Shown here in pieces: positions 1 to 7,567 of a DNA stretch of 52,258 nt. Each line of letters starts with the position of its first letter. The first letter of the stretch is position 1. Made by a program: the position numbers and the translations under genes. The notes under the pieces are model-generated. The model ran no database searches and was not told the DNA's origin. It was given only the letters and a program-made list of their open reading frames with translations. The DNA lies in NCBI GenBank assembly GCA_017620505.1, contig JAGAVA010000148.1, forward strand, positions 1 to 52,258, read 5' to 3'. Source of the DNA: Clostridia bacterium. GTDB taxonomy: Bacteria; Bacillota; Clostridia; Oscillospirales; Butyricicoccaceae.

Positions 1-1
1 C

Positions 2-2884
2 ACGAGCCTGTCTTTGCCTTCCAGCATCACTACCATTTCCAGCCTTGCCTTCCAGAATTGTGCCAGTCTGGAAACGGTGAATTATCCCGTTGGCTGGACA
101 GTGCATCAGAGTCGAGATGACCGTGTGAATGACGGTGTGGGCTACTTCTCTTCGCCCTTTGCAGGCTGCACCAAACTGCGGTATCTGACGATCCCGGAAG
201 GTGTTGTGACCATTCCGCGCGCAGCATTCCGTAACGTGCCTGGACTGAAAAATGTACATCTCCCCAGCACTTTGACCGAGATCGGTGAGTATGCTTTTGC
301 AGGCTGCACAGCACTGAAGTATATTGAGCCGGTAGATGGGCTTTTAAGCGTAGGCAACTATGCGTTCTCCGGTTGTACCAGTCTGGAAACGCTGTATCTG
401 CCGGACACCATTACAAGCTTTGGTACGCAGGTGTTCCAGAACTGCAATGCCTTGACCGTGGAGTGCAAGGAGTACTCCCATGCAACGATCTACTGTATTG
501 ATAATAATGTACCCATGCTCTTCATCGGCAGTGCAAACGAAAACAATGAAACCATGTGCCTGGATCGGGAGCAGAGTTATTATGTTGCAAATACGGTAGG
601 CGCACTGGCCAACGGTTATGTCACGATGAACCTGGCTTATGGGTTTAAGACGGCGGTACAGAGCAGTGTGTCAGATATGAAGCTGATCCTGCGCATCCCC
701 AATGATCTGACGCTGATGGAGAAAACCCTGACACTGGATGGCGAGACGATAACCGATTACAACTACGAGGAGACCACCTTGACCATCCCCGTGGCGAATA
801 CTTCCGGACGTCTGGCGTTCTGCCTGAAACCCATCGGCGACTGTATGGTGACGACCTATGCGCTGATGAACTTTAAGGAAAGCGGAACGGCAAAAGAAGA
901 GGTCGTGGGTATCATCAACGAAAAGATCCCCCTGCTCACCATCCTGGCGGACGATACGGCCAATACCAACAGCGTGAGTGTAAGCGGTGTTGGCCCTGCA
1001 AACAGTGATGTGGGCATTTACGTCAACGGCTCTCTGGCAACGACTGTACATACCAGTAAGGCTGGCGGATACAGTGCGAATGTAACCCTGGCTGAGCCGG
1101 TCAACTATAAGGTATACAACGTGGTTGCAAAGGCGATAGTCGATGGTGAAGAGATCACGGCTACTCGTACAGTGCAGTATAACGTGGGCGCACCTGTACT
1201 GCAGAACTTTATCATGAAGTATATGAACCAGACCTATGACATCAAAGCTCTGGGCAATACGAAACCGGTCGTTACGTTCATCGGCGGTACGTTCCAGTTT
1301 AATGTTAAGTTCAGTAACCCTGAGCAGATCGAGACTGTGTATGTCTGCAGCAGCCGCAGTAATGTGGTCAAGAGACTGGAAGCGGTCTGGAATGAAACCG
1401 AACAGTGCTTTGTGGCGAAGGGTCTGTTTGATCCCAATAACTCCAGTTATGTGCCTGGCACCATTACGGTACAGTATACGCCTGTTCGTGAGACACTGGA
1501 CTTCAGTAAGGACATTGACTACACCTCTGAGCAGTATGTAAATAATCTGCCCGATCACTTTAAGGCTGTACTCGCCGGCGGCGCTACAAACTATGTGACG
1601 ATCAATTCCAATACTAGCAGCAACCTGTCTGGTACGCTGGACCTGCCTACCGCGGAAAGCACTATCGATTTCAACTACAAAACGACTGCTGTGCCGTCGT
1701 ATTTGACGAAAGCGAATGCTGCAGATTACGGCTATGTTGTGATTACCGATGATCTGGGCAAGCAGATGTTCCTGAAACTGACGACTTCTGATTTCGTTCA
1801 GGATCAGATCTCCGGTCAGATCGTCGACTTTGCAGAGGATAAAGTGGTGGACTTCCTGTTCGAGGGTAAGTACTACGAGGCAGAGCATCTGGTGGGAACT
1901 GCATTTGCTTATGCGGATGTGTTCAGTACGGTCAATGACCTGGTCAAGTGGGATAACCGACGGGTATCGCTTGATGAGGCAGAACGTGCGATTCACGCTT
2001 CCTCTATGAGTCCCTCCGATAAAGCTGCCGCACTGCAGAAACTCGAAAACGCCAAAAAGGCAAACTATGGTACCCTTGCTGCAATGTCCCTACCGGTCAT
2101 TCTGGCAGCTGCGGGAATCGCCATCCCCTTCCCCGCAAGTATGATCCTGCCGCTGATCGCACTGCAGAATGAAATGTACGCAGACGATATTCTGAGTCAG
2201 TTTGGATTTCTGGACGCCAAGGAAAGCGACGGATTTAGCTTCCTCTTCCGCTGGAAGATCGACCCCAGTGGTTATGTGTATGATGCGGAGACCGGTGAAC
2301 GGCTGGAAGGCGTTAAGACGACTGCCTACTGGATCGAATACCTGGGTGATGATACCTTGTGGGAGACGACACCTGCAGATGACGAGTACGGTACCTTGTG
2401 GGATGCCGGCGAGTGGGATCAGATCAATCCCATGATGACCGATGCCCAGGGTAAGTATGCCTGGGATGTGCCCGAAGGCTGGTGGCGCGTGAAGTATGAG
2501 CTGGATGGCTATGAAACCGTCTGGAGCCACTGGATGACCGTGCCGCCGGTGCAGACCGACGTCAACATCGGCATGGTATCTACCGGTGAAGTGGAAAAAC
2601 CCAAGTATCAGATGGCAGCCACCGCAACTTCCAATACATCGGTATCTGTTACGCTTACCAACAACTCTGATGCGCAGGTGAATGTGCAGTACATCCTTGC
2701 GGCATATAACAGCCAGGGACAGATGATCGCCTGCAGCATGACAAGCGATGCAGTGTCCGCAGCCGAGGCGCTGCCTCTGACGGTGACCTTTAGCGAAAGC
2801 GATCAGGTAACCGAGGTTAGGGCCTTCGTTCTGAATCCGACAACATATGCCCCCCTGATGGAAGTTTGGTCCTATGCGTTTTAA
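2..2884 (+). CDS. Cell-surface BspA-type leucine-rich-repeat protein (5' end cut by window edge)
   Basis: The frame is open from base 2 (TSLSLPSSITTISSLAFQNCASLETV...), so the TTG at 14 is not the real start. The N-terminal region has repeated ~23-aa units of the form IPxxVxxIxxxAFxxCxxLxxV. A hydrophobic segment (LPVILAAAGIAIPFPASMILPLIAL) lies mid-protein. The C-terminal tail ends ...VRAFVLNPTTYAPL and resembles the tail of the 3930..7211 protein. Confidence 0.8.
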   Translation, partial: TSLSLPSSITTISSLAFQNCASLETVNYPVGWTVHQSRDDRVNDGVGYFSSPFAGCTKLRYLTIPEGVVTIPRAAFRNVPGLKNVHLPSTLTEIGEYAFAGCTALKYIEPVDGLLSVGNYAFSGCTSLETLYLPDTITSFGTQVFQNCNALTVECKEYSHATIYCIDNNVPMLFIGSANENNETMCLDREQSYYVANTVGALANGYVTMNLAYGFKTAVQSSVSDMKLILRIPNDLTLMEKTLTLDGETITDYNYEETTLTIPVANTSGRLAFCLKPIGDCMVTTYALMNFKESGTAKEEVVGIINEKIPLLTILADDTANTNSVSVSGVGPANSDVGIYVNGSLATTVHTSKAGGYSANVTLAEPVNYKVYNVVAKAIVDGEEITATRTVQYNVGAPVLQNFIMKYMNQTYDIKALGNTKPVVTFIGGTFQFNVKFSNPEQIETVYVCSSRSNVVKRLEAVWNETEQCFVAKGLFDPNNSSYVPGTITVQYTPVRETLDFSKDIDYTSEQYVNNLPDHFKAVLAGGATNYVTINSNTSSNLSGTLDLPTAESTIDFNYKTTAVPSYLTKANAADYGYVVITDDLGKQMFLKLTTSDFVQDQISGQIVDFAEDKVVDFLFEGKYYEAEHLVGTAFAYADVFSTVNDLVKWDNRRVSLDEAERAIHASSMSPSDKAAALQKLENAKKANYGTLAAMSLPVILAAAGIAIPFPASMILPLIALQNEMYADDILSQFGFLDAKESDGFSFLFRWKIDPSGYVYDAETGERLEGVKTTAYWIEYLGDDTLWETTPADDEYGTLWDAGEWDQINPMMTDAQGKYAWDVPEGWWRVKYELDGYETVWSHWMTVPPVQTDVNIGMVSTGEVEKPKYQMAATATSNTSVSVTLTNNSDAQVNVQYILAAYNSQGQMIACSMTSDAVSAAEALPLTVTFSESDQVTEVRAFVLNPTTYAPLMEVWSYAF

Positions 2885-2908
2885 TTAAAAGCCTTCCAAA
2901 CGAATGAT

Positions 2909-2955
2909 GGGAGCGGTCTACAAAACAAATGTGGACCGCTCCCTTTTTCTTTTTG
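2909..2955 (+). terminator. Rho-independent terminator after the LRR protein gene
   Basis: Stem gggagcggtc / ggaccgctccc followed by tttttcttttt. Confidence 0.7.
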
Positions 2956-2989
2956 TAGTACGAGAAGCCTTTGTAATGTATATTGGTAA

Positions 2990-3361
2990 GCGCTTAATAA
3001 CCGGACGGCTGTAAAAACCGTAACTCTAAATTGCACGGACACGGGTATCACAGAGCTGAATGTCTCGACGCTTACCAATCTAACAAATCTGGATAGCTCT
3101 GACACAGGTGTTACGGAGCTGAATACCTCGGCACTTACCAATCTGAAATATCTGCTTTGCTCCGGCACAGGTATCACGGGACTGGATCTTTCCGCCCTTC
3201 CCTATCTGACCCAGCTGCACTGCGCTGGAACTGACATCATAAAGCTGGATCTCTCTACCAATCCCTATCTGTATGAACTTTCCTGCTCTGATATCGGTAT
3301 CACTGAGCTGGATCTTTCAGTGCTTCTGGAGTTGTGGAGCTTCTCAGCGGACAATACTTGA
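2990..3361 (+). pseudogene. Orphan internalin-like LRR fragment (no start codon, no RBS)
   Basis: The frame is open from the stop at 2987-2989 to the TGA at 3359-3361. It translates to NCTDTGITELNVSTLTNLTNLDSSDTGVTELNTSALTNLKYLLCSGTGITGLDLSALPYLTQLHCAGTDIIKLDLSTNPYLYELSCSDIGITELDLS, i.e. regular 22-23-aa LRR units. There is no in-frame ATG/GTG, and it lies directly after a terminator. Confidence 0.55.
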
Positions 3362-3607
3362 TTTGGATAGTATTATATGGATTTCTTTTATACTACATTT
3401 TCGGCGTGAGAAAGAGTAATGTTCCTAACTACAATGAATGTGTACAGGCTGCAAAGTTTATTGTAAGTGATTGTGTTAAAATAATTGAGCACGTATGCTA
3501 TATTTTCAAGGACAATTCTTGCATTTTAAATGTAAAACTATCTTGTGCTTGCTCGTCAGCGAATGGTCAGCGCAGCGCTGGCCAAAACCCCGCTTTGTGA
3601 TCGCTGT

Positions 3608-3681
3608 CCTCCGGGTTTGGAGCCTGGGATCAATTGCTCATAACCCGGAGGTCGTAGGTTCAAATCCTGCCTCCGCAACCA
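3608..3681 (+). tRNA. tRNA-like element: canonical tRNA 3' portion (CAU loop, variable loop, T-arm, acceptor 3' strand, CCA) lacking a recognisable 5' half
   Basis: Reading back from CCA (3679-3681): discriminator a, acceptor 3' strand ctccgca, T-stem cctgc, T-loop ttcaaat, T-stem gtagg, variable loop aggtc, stem cccgg, 7-nt loop ctcataa (CAU). The partner ccggg lies 21 nt further upstream, so cctccggg/cccggagg forms an 8-bp stem around a 28-nt loop. No tgcggag acceptor 5' strand or D-arm was found. A strong terminator follows. Confidence 0.4.
3663..3681 (+). repeat. 19-bp direct repeat, copy 1 (aatcctgcctccgcaacca)
   Basis: Identical to 7544-7562. It corresponds to the T-loop 3' half through CCA of the tRNA-like element. 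Confidence 0.9.
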
Positions 3682-3684
3682 TAA

Positions 3685-3738
3685 CTGCACACCCATTTTG
3701 ATACAATGCGTATCAGAGTGGGTGTGCAGTTTCTTTTT
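3685..3738 (+). terminator. Rho-independent terminator after the tRNA-like element
   Basis: Stem ctgcacaccca ... tgggtgtgcag (11 bp) with an inner hairpin gatac/gtatc, then tttcttttt. Confidence 0.75.
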
Positions 3739-3780
3739 GCAAAAGCCTTGATTTGCAAGGTTTTCCGATACGATTCAACG

Positions 3781-3836
3781 AAACAAGGCTCTGAGGATGT
3801 GAGTTTTCACAATCTCAGAGCCTTGTTTTGTTTTTG
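3781..3836. terminator. Bidirectional-looking terminator hairpin (probable terminator of the minus-strand surface-protein gene)
   Basis: Stem aaacaaggctctgag ... ctcagagccttgttt, with a T-run on the plus strand and a T-rich flank on the minus strand. Confidence 0.65.
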
Positions 3837-3847
3837 TTTGACCTTAT

Positions 3848-3912
3848 CTTTTAACGACAGGTCGGTGGTATGTGCATTTTTTCAGCAGGTATGTGCATCA
3901 TTTAACGTTTCC
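3848..3912 (+). repeat. Left pair of short repeat units: Y (3848-3876) then X (3888-3912)
   Basis: Y = cttttaacgacaggtcggtggtatgtgca. X = ggtatgtgcatcatttaacgtttcc. Both recur at 7341-7401 in the same orientation but in the order X then Y. Confidence 0.85.
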
Positions 3913-3929
3913 CTGCTGTGCAGCACGTT

Positions 3930-6900
3930 TTACTCCGACAACGGTGCTGCAGCGCACAGCGGGGCGTAGGTTTCTGCGTCCACCAGAAATGCCCGATAAT
4001 GGTCACCGGGCTGGTGTCTGAAAGTGCCTGTCGGCTGATAGATTCTGTCAGCTTCAATGGTAATCAGCTTAACATCTACCATCTGACCGCCGCGATACTG
4101 GGCCACCAGCAGGGTGGCCTCGTCGGCGGAAAGGTCTGCCACGATCACACTGGCAGTCGCGGCGCCGTCTTTGACTGTAACGGTACCGCTGAGAGGTCCA
4201 TCCGCCCACAAGACCGCAAACTCACTTTCAATGGTGTTTCCGTTCAGCGTTGCACAGAGCTTGAACCGGGTCTTTCCGTCAACGCAAAGGTCTTCTCCCC
4301 AATATCTGACCGTGTAAGAAGTTTCTTCTGTCAGTCTGTCGCCGATCATCCAATTCCCGCTATTTGGGTTATAAACCTTCAACACAATGTCATCAGCAGG
4401 CCGGTTCAGTTCCCAATCGAAGGTGTATTCCTCCGTTTTTTCCGCTGTGCCGCTTTGAGGCGGCTTGGTAAAAGCTAAGGGTCCCAGCCAAGTGACGGTA
4501 AACTCACTCTCGGTGGTTTTTCCGTTCCGCGTTGCACAGAGCTTAAACCGGGTCTTGCCGTCAACGCAAAGGTCTTCTCCCCAATATTTAACCGTGTAAG
4601 AAGTTTCTCCTGTCAGTGTGCCACCGGTCATCCAATTCCCGCTACTTGGGTTATAAACCATCAACACAACGCGCGTGTCAGCCCGGTCCAGTTCCCAGCT
4701 GAAGATGTATTCCTCCGTTTTTTCCGCTGTTCCGCTTTGGGGCGGCGTGATAAAGCGGGGCGGGGCATCTTCCCAGACCGCCTTTACGGTCTTATCATCC
4801 CACACGCTGATCCAATCATCGCCAACCGTATACTCCTCGCCGTCAACCATCCAGCACTTGAACTGTTTGTTTGCAGGCGGGGTAAAAGTGCACTCCGGCA
4901 GGTAGTATAAAGCCAGCGTGTACACAGTCTTCATGGTGCCGCTGCCTCCGTTTGCATCAAAGGTCACAGCGTAGTGATGGTTATAGTAATATTCCGCCGT
5001 TCCTGTTTCGGAAATGACCTCACTGCCGTTGTATGCCGTGACTCTGATCGTATAGTAGTCGGTACTCTTACCCCGCTTGGCAAACAATTCACCCAGTTCA
5101 ACGGTATCGCCGGGATAGTAGTGGATAGCTTCCGCTGCATCAATAGAAAAGAAGTAATGCGTTGCGCCGGGAACCTGGGTCCAGCTGGCAATGTCGAACT
5201 CGTTGCGATCGATTGTGACGACTTCGATCGTGAGGGTAAGTTTTTCCAAAGCGGATACATAGCCGCATACCGGGCAGATGCCGTCATTGAAAGTATGGAA
5301 GCCGTAGCCTTCGCATGCTTCGGCATGGAGAATGCCGCAGCCGTCAGCCGTACATTTGCGATAGTGTAAGACTTTGGTTGTAGTCCAATTCGTTGCCCAG
5401 GAGTGAACATGGGTCGTGGTGTATTCATAGTAAATTTCCGAGGTTTCCGTGATGGGCTCTTCTCCGCTGTATGGCGTGACCCTAAACGTATAGGTGCCGC
5501 GTGCCTTGCCCCATTCTGCAATGCAGGCATCCAGATCAAAGGTTTCATCGGGATCGGCCCAGCCTCCGCTTTCCCAGCCTGCGCCGTTTGTAAGACGCCA
5601 TTTATATCTATCCGCGCTGGGAATCTGAGTCCAGCTGGCAACGCCGTCCTCGATGGTGATGGTGATGATAGGCTCTGTCCAAATGGCGGTCACGGTGGTG
5701 TCTGCAGAGACGGTGATGGTATCACCAGGAGCATATTCTTTGCCGTTTACGCTCCACGCTTTGAACTGTTTGCCGGAAGGCGCGGTGAAGGCAGTAGACT
5801 CCGGCAGGGTGTATTGGCCGCGAATGCCGTACACAGTCTTCATGCCGCCACTGCCCCCGTTTCCATCAAAGGTCACCTCGTAGTGACGGATGTATTCGTA
5901 TTCCACCACCGCCTTTGCGGACAAGGGGGTATATTCATCGGCGAATGGCTGAACCGAGAAGAGATAGGTGCCTCCTTCCCTGTCGAGAAAAGAAAGCATT
6001 TCATTCAGATCCAGAGTATCTCCGGGTTCAACCCAATTGGTGACCTCTCCCAAACCGTTGACGGTTTTCAGCCACCATTTGTATTTCGTTGCGCCCTCAA
6101 CCTGAGTCCAGCTGGCAACGCCGTCCTTGATGGTGATGGTGGGCGAATCGAGCCAGGCAGCGCTTGTTTTTCCGCAATAAATACAAATGCCATCGGAGGA
6201 GTACTCATGGCGTCCGATGGTCCCCAAATAGTAGATGCTCTTAATTCCGCAACCATCGGCGATGCACTCCCGCCAGTGATGGGTATCATCGCAGCTCCAA
6301 TCTGTCGACCAGAGGTGGGTGTGCGTCGTGGTGTATTCGTATTCGATTTCTGACTCCATGAGGACCTCGCTGTCCTTGCATGCACGAACCGTTAACGTAT
6401 AGGAGCCGCTAAAGTCAAGGTGCTCTTTGATCCACGCATCCACATCGAAAGTCTCGCTGGGCATGACCCTGGCTACATACATCGTGTTTGAAACCTTGCA
6501 CAGATACTCATCCGCATCAGGAATCTGAGTCCAACTGGCAATGCCGTCCTTGATGGTAATAGTGATGGAAGTCGGGATATCTTCCCATTGAGCTTTCACG
6601 GTGGTGTTGACAGGAACTGTGACTTTGCTGCCAGCCGTCTTTTTGCTGCCGCCGACGCTCCAACAATCAAACATCTTTCCAGCAGGCGCGGTAAAGGTGC
6701 ACTCCGGCAGGATATATTGACTGCCCACATTGCAGGTTGCGGATTCCATGGTGCCTGTGCCGCCGTTGGCGTCAAAGGTGATGTTCGCAGTCCACGTGAC
6801 CACAAAGGTATCACTGGGCACTTCAACGACCCCGAGTAGTCTGTCGACAACGAGGGCGACGATGCGGTAAGCGCTGTTACCGTCTCTGACGTAGATCTTC

Positions 6901-7211
6901 GCATCCGGATCACTTGGGTCCGAATTGGGCCGGTAACCAACCGTGCCGGAAGTGCCGGACAGGGTCTGGAGGTCCTCCCAAGGGTCTTCGCTGTTGGCTA
7001 AGTTTGCGATCTGCAGTTTCAGGGACACCGGAGTTTGGCCGTTGGCCCAATTGAAGGCATATTCTTCCCCGATATTGGTTGTTCCGCTCTGGGGCTGGGC
7101 TGTAAATGCCGCAGATGCCGCCTGCGCAGGGGCAGGCAACATGCCCAGCAGCATCACCAGCGTTAAAAGGATACTGAAAACACGGTTTGATTTTTTCCTC
7201 ACGACAAACAT
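3930..7211 (-). CDS. Large secreted mosaic surface protein with Listeria-Bacteroides (Flg_new-type) repeats
   Basis: Signal peptide M(FVV)RKKSNRVFSILLTLVMLLGMLPAPAQA. The GGAG abuts the ATG at 7211, so the GTG at 7202 is better spaced and the start is uncertain by 9 nt. There are at least 3 modules of the form TFDANGG(S/T)GTM...Y.LPE.TFT.P..K.F..W.V.G....G...TV...T.V.A.W, and 4 modules of the form ITI(K/E)DG(I/V)ASWTQ(I/V).... Two Cys/His motifs (HxHxW...W...H(W/Y)R.C.ADGCG...DGIC..CG) are present. I saw no LPXTG or SLH motif. Confidence 0.8.
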   Translation of the reverse strand: MFVVRKKSNRVFSILLTLVMLLGMLPAPAQAASAAFTAQPQSGTTNIGEEYAFNWANGQTPVSLKLQIANLANSEDPWEDLQTLSGTSGTVGYRPNSDPSDPDAKIYVRDGNSAYRIVALVVDRLLGVVEVPSDTFVVTWTANITFDANGGTGTMESATCNVGSQYILPECTFTAPAGKMFDCWSVGGSKKTAGSKVTVPVNTTVKAQWEDIPTSITITIKDGIASWTQIPDADEYLCKVSNTMYVARVMPSETFDVDAWIKEHLDFSGSYTLTVRACKDSEVLMESEIEYEYTTTHTHLWSTDWSCDDTHHWRECIADGCGIKSIYYLGTIGRHEYSSDGICIYCGKTSAAWLDSPTITIKDGVASWTQVEGATKYKWWLKTVNGLGEVTNWVEPGDTLDLNEMLSFLDREGGTYLFSVQPFADEYTPLSAKAVVEYEYIRHYEVTFDGNGGSGGMKTVYGIRGQYTLPESTAFTAPSGKQFKAWSVNGKEYAPGDTITVSADTTVTAIWTEPIITITIEDGVASWTQIPSADRYKWRLTNGAGWESGGWADPDETFDLDACIAEWGKARGTYTFRVTPYSGEEPITETSEIYYEYTTTHVHSWATNWTTTKVLHYRKCTADGCGILHAEACEGYGFHTFNDGICPVCGYVSALEKLTLTIEVVTIDRNEFDIASWTQVPGATHYFFSIDAAEAIHYYPGDTVELGELFAKRGKSTDYYTIRVTAYNGSEVISETGTAEYYYNHHYAVTFDANGGSGTMKTVYTLALYYLPECTFTPPANKQFKCWMVDGEEYTVGDDWISVWDDKTVKAVWEDAPPRFITPPQSGTAEKTEEYIFSWELDRADTRVVLMVYNPSSGNWMTGGTLTGETSYTVKYWGEDLCVDGKTRFKLCATRNGKTTESEFTVTWLGPLAFTKPPQSGTAEKTEEYTFDWELNRPADDIVLKVYNPNSGNWMIGDRLTEETSYTVRYWGEDLCVDGKTRFKLCATLNGNTIESEFAVLWADGPLSGTVTVKDGAATASVIVADLSADEATLLVAQYRGGQMVDVKLITIEADRIYQPTGTFRHQPGDHYRAFLVDAETYAPLCAAAPLSE
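4195..4760 (-). repeat. Intragenic tandem duplication, 2 x 282 bp (94-aa module)
   Basis: tgcacagagc recurs at 4251 and 4533. The protein modules F(I/T)(T/K)PPQSGTAEKTEEY.F.WEL.R.......L.VYNP.SGNWM.G..LT.ETSYTV.YWGEDLCVDGKTRFKLCAT.NG.T.ESEF.V.W are nearly identical. Confidence 0.9.
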
Positions 7212-7284
7212 CTCCTTTTCTGAAGAAATCAATACACAAAAGGCCTGCATGCAAAGCAGACTTAGATACAATAATACACATTAA

Positions 7285-7313
7285 AGTATACCACAGCCCC
7301 AACCGTTTTTCAA
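7285..7313 (-). promoter_or_regulatory. Sigma-70-type promoter of the surface-protein gene
   Basis: Minus strand reads TTGAAA - 17 nt - TATACT (preceded by tgg), about 75 nt upstream of the start codon. Confidence 0.6.
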
Positions 7314-7340
7314 CACAATGACCAAAGCCTACATTTTTAT

Positions 7341-7401
7341 GGTATGTGCATCTTTTAACGTTTCCTCATACCTTTTAACGAAAGGTCGGCAGGTATGTGC
7401 A
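7341..7401 (+). repeat. Right pair of short repeat units: X (7341-7365) then Y (7372-7401)
   Basis: X = ggtatgtgcatcttttaacgtttcc (1 mismatch to the left X). Y = cttttaacgaaaggtcggcaggtatgtgca (2 differences and a 1-nt indel vs the left Y). Confidence 0.85.
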
Positions 7402-7432
7402 CATGGTATCAAAATAGGTCACTACTTTCACT

Positions 7433-7468
7433 AAAAACAGTCGCCTATGGCGGCTGTTTTTCTTTTTA
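7433..7468. terminator. Bidirectional hairpin terminator
   Basis: aaaaacagtcgcc tat ggcggctgttttt, flanked by an A-run and a T-run. Confidence 0.6.
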
Positions 7469-7471
7469 TCT

Positions 7472-7486
7472 GGCAGGATTTGAACC
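7472..7486 (-). repeat. Inverted 15-bp T-arm-like fragment
   Basis: ggcaggatttgaacc is the reverse complement of ggttcaaatcctgcc at 3657-3671. Confidence 0.8.
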
Positions 7487-7543
7487 GCCTATTGGATCGA
7501 ACGGGGTCCCTGCAAAAACGCAGTTTTTGTGGGGTGAATTGGG

Positions 7544-7562
7544 AATCCTGCCTCCGCAACCA
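7544..7562 (+). repeat. 19-bp direct repeat, copy 2 (aatcctgcctccgcaacca)
   Basis: Identical to 3663-3681. The upstream sequence (gtggggtgaattggg) is not tRNA-like. A terminator follows. Confidence 0.9.
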
Positions 7563-7567
7563 CTAGG

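Noticed and set aside
3030-3330. Regular ~66-69-bp periodicity that could be mistaken for a CRISPR or other non-coding tandem array.
   Set aside because: The periodicity is the coding repeat of LRR units in one open frame. The repeats are degenerate at the DNA level, and there are no unique spacers or cas genes.
3300-3681. tmRNA (ssrA) as the source of the tRNA-like 3' end.
   Set aside because: No GGGG...GATTCGAC-type 5' end complementary to ctccgca was found. There is no tag-peptide reading frame or pseudoknot-like GC blocks upstream. The preceding DNA is AT-rich filler, and the loop carries an anticodon-like CAU that tmRNA lacks.
3334-3969. Small plus-strand ORFs (88, 68 and 87 aa) in the intergenic patch.
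   Set aside because: They have no RBS. They overlap the tRNA-like element, terminator hairpins and repeat units. Their composition is not protein-like.
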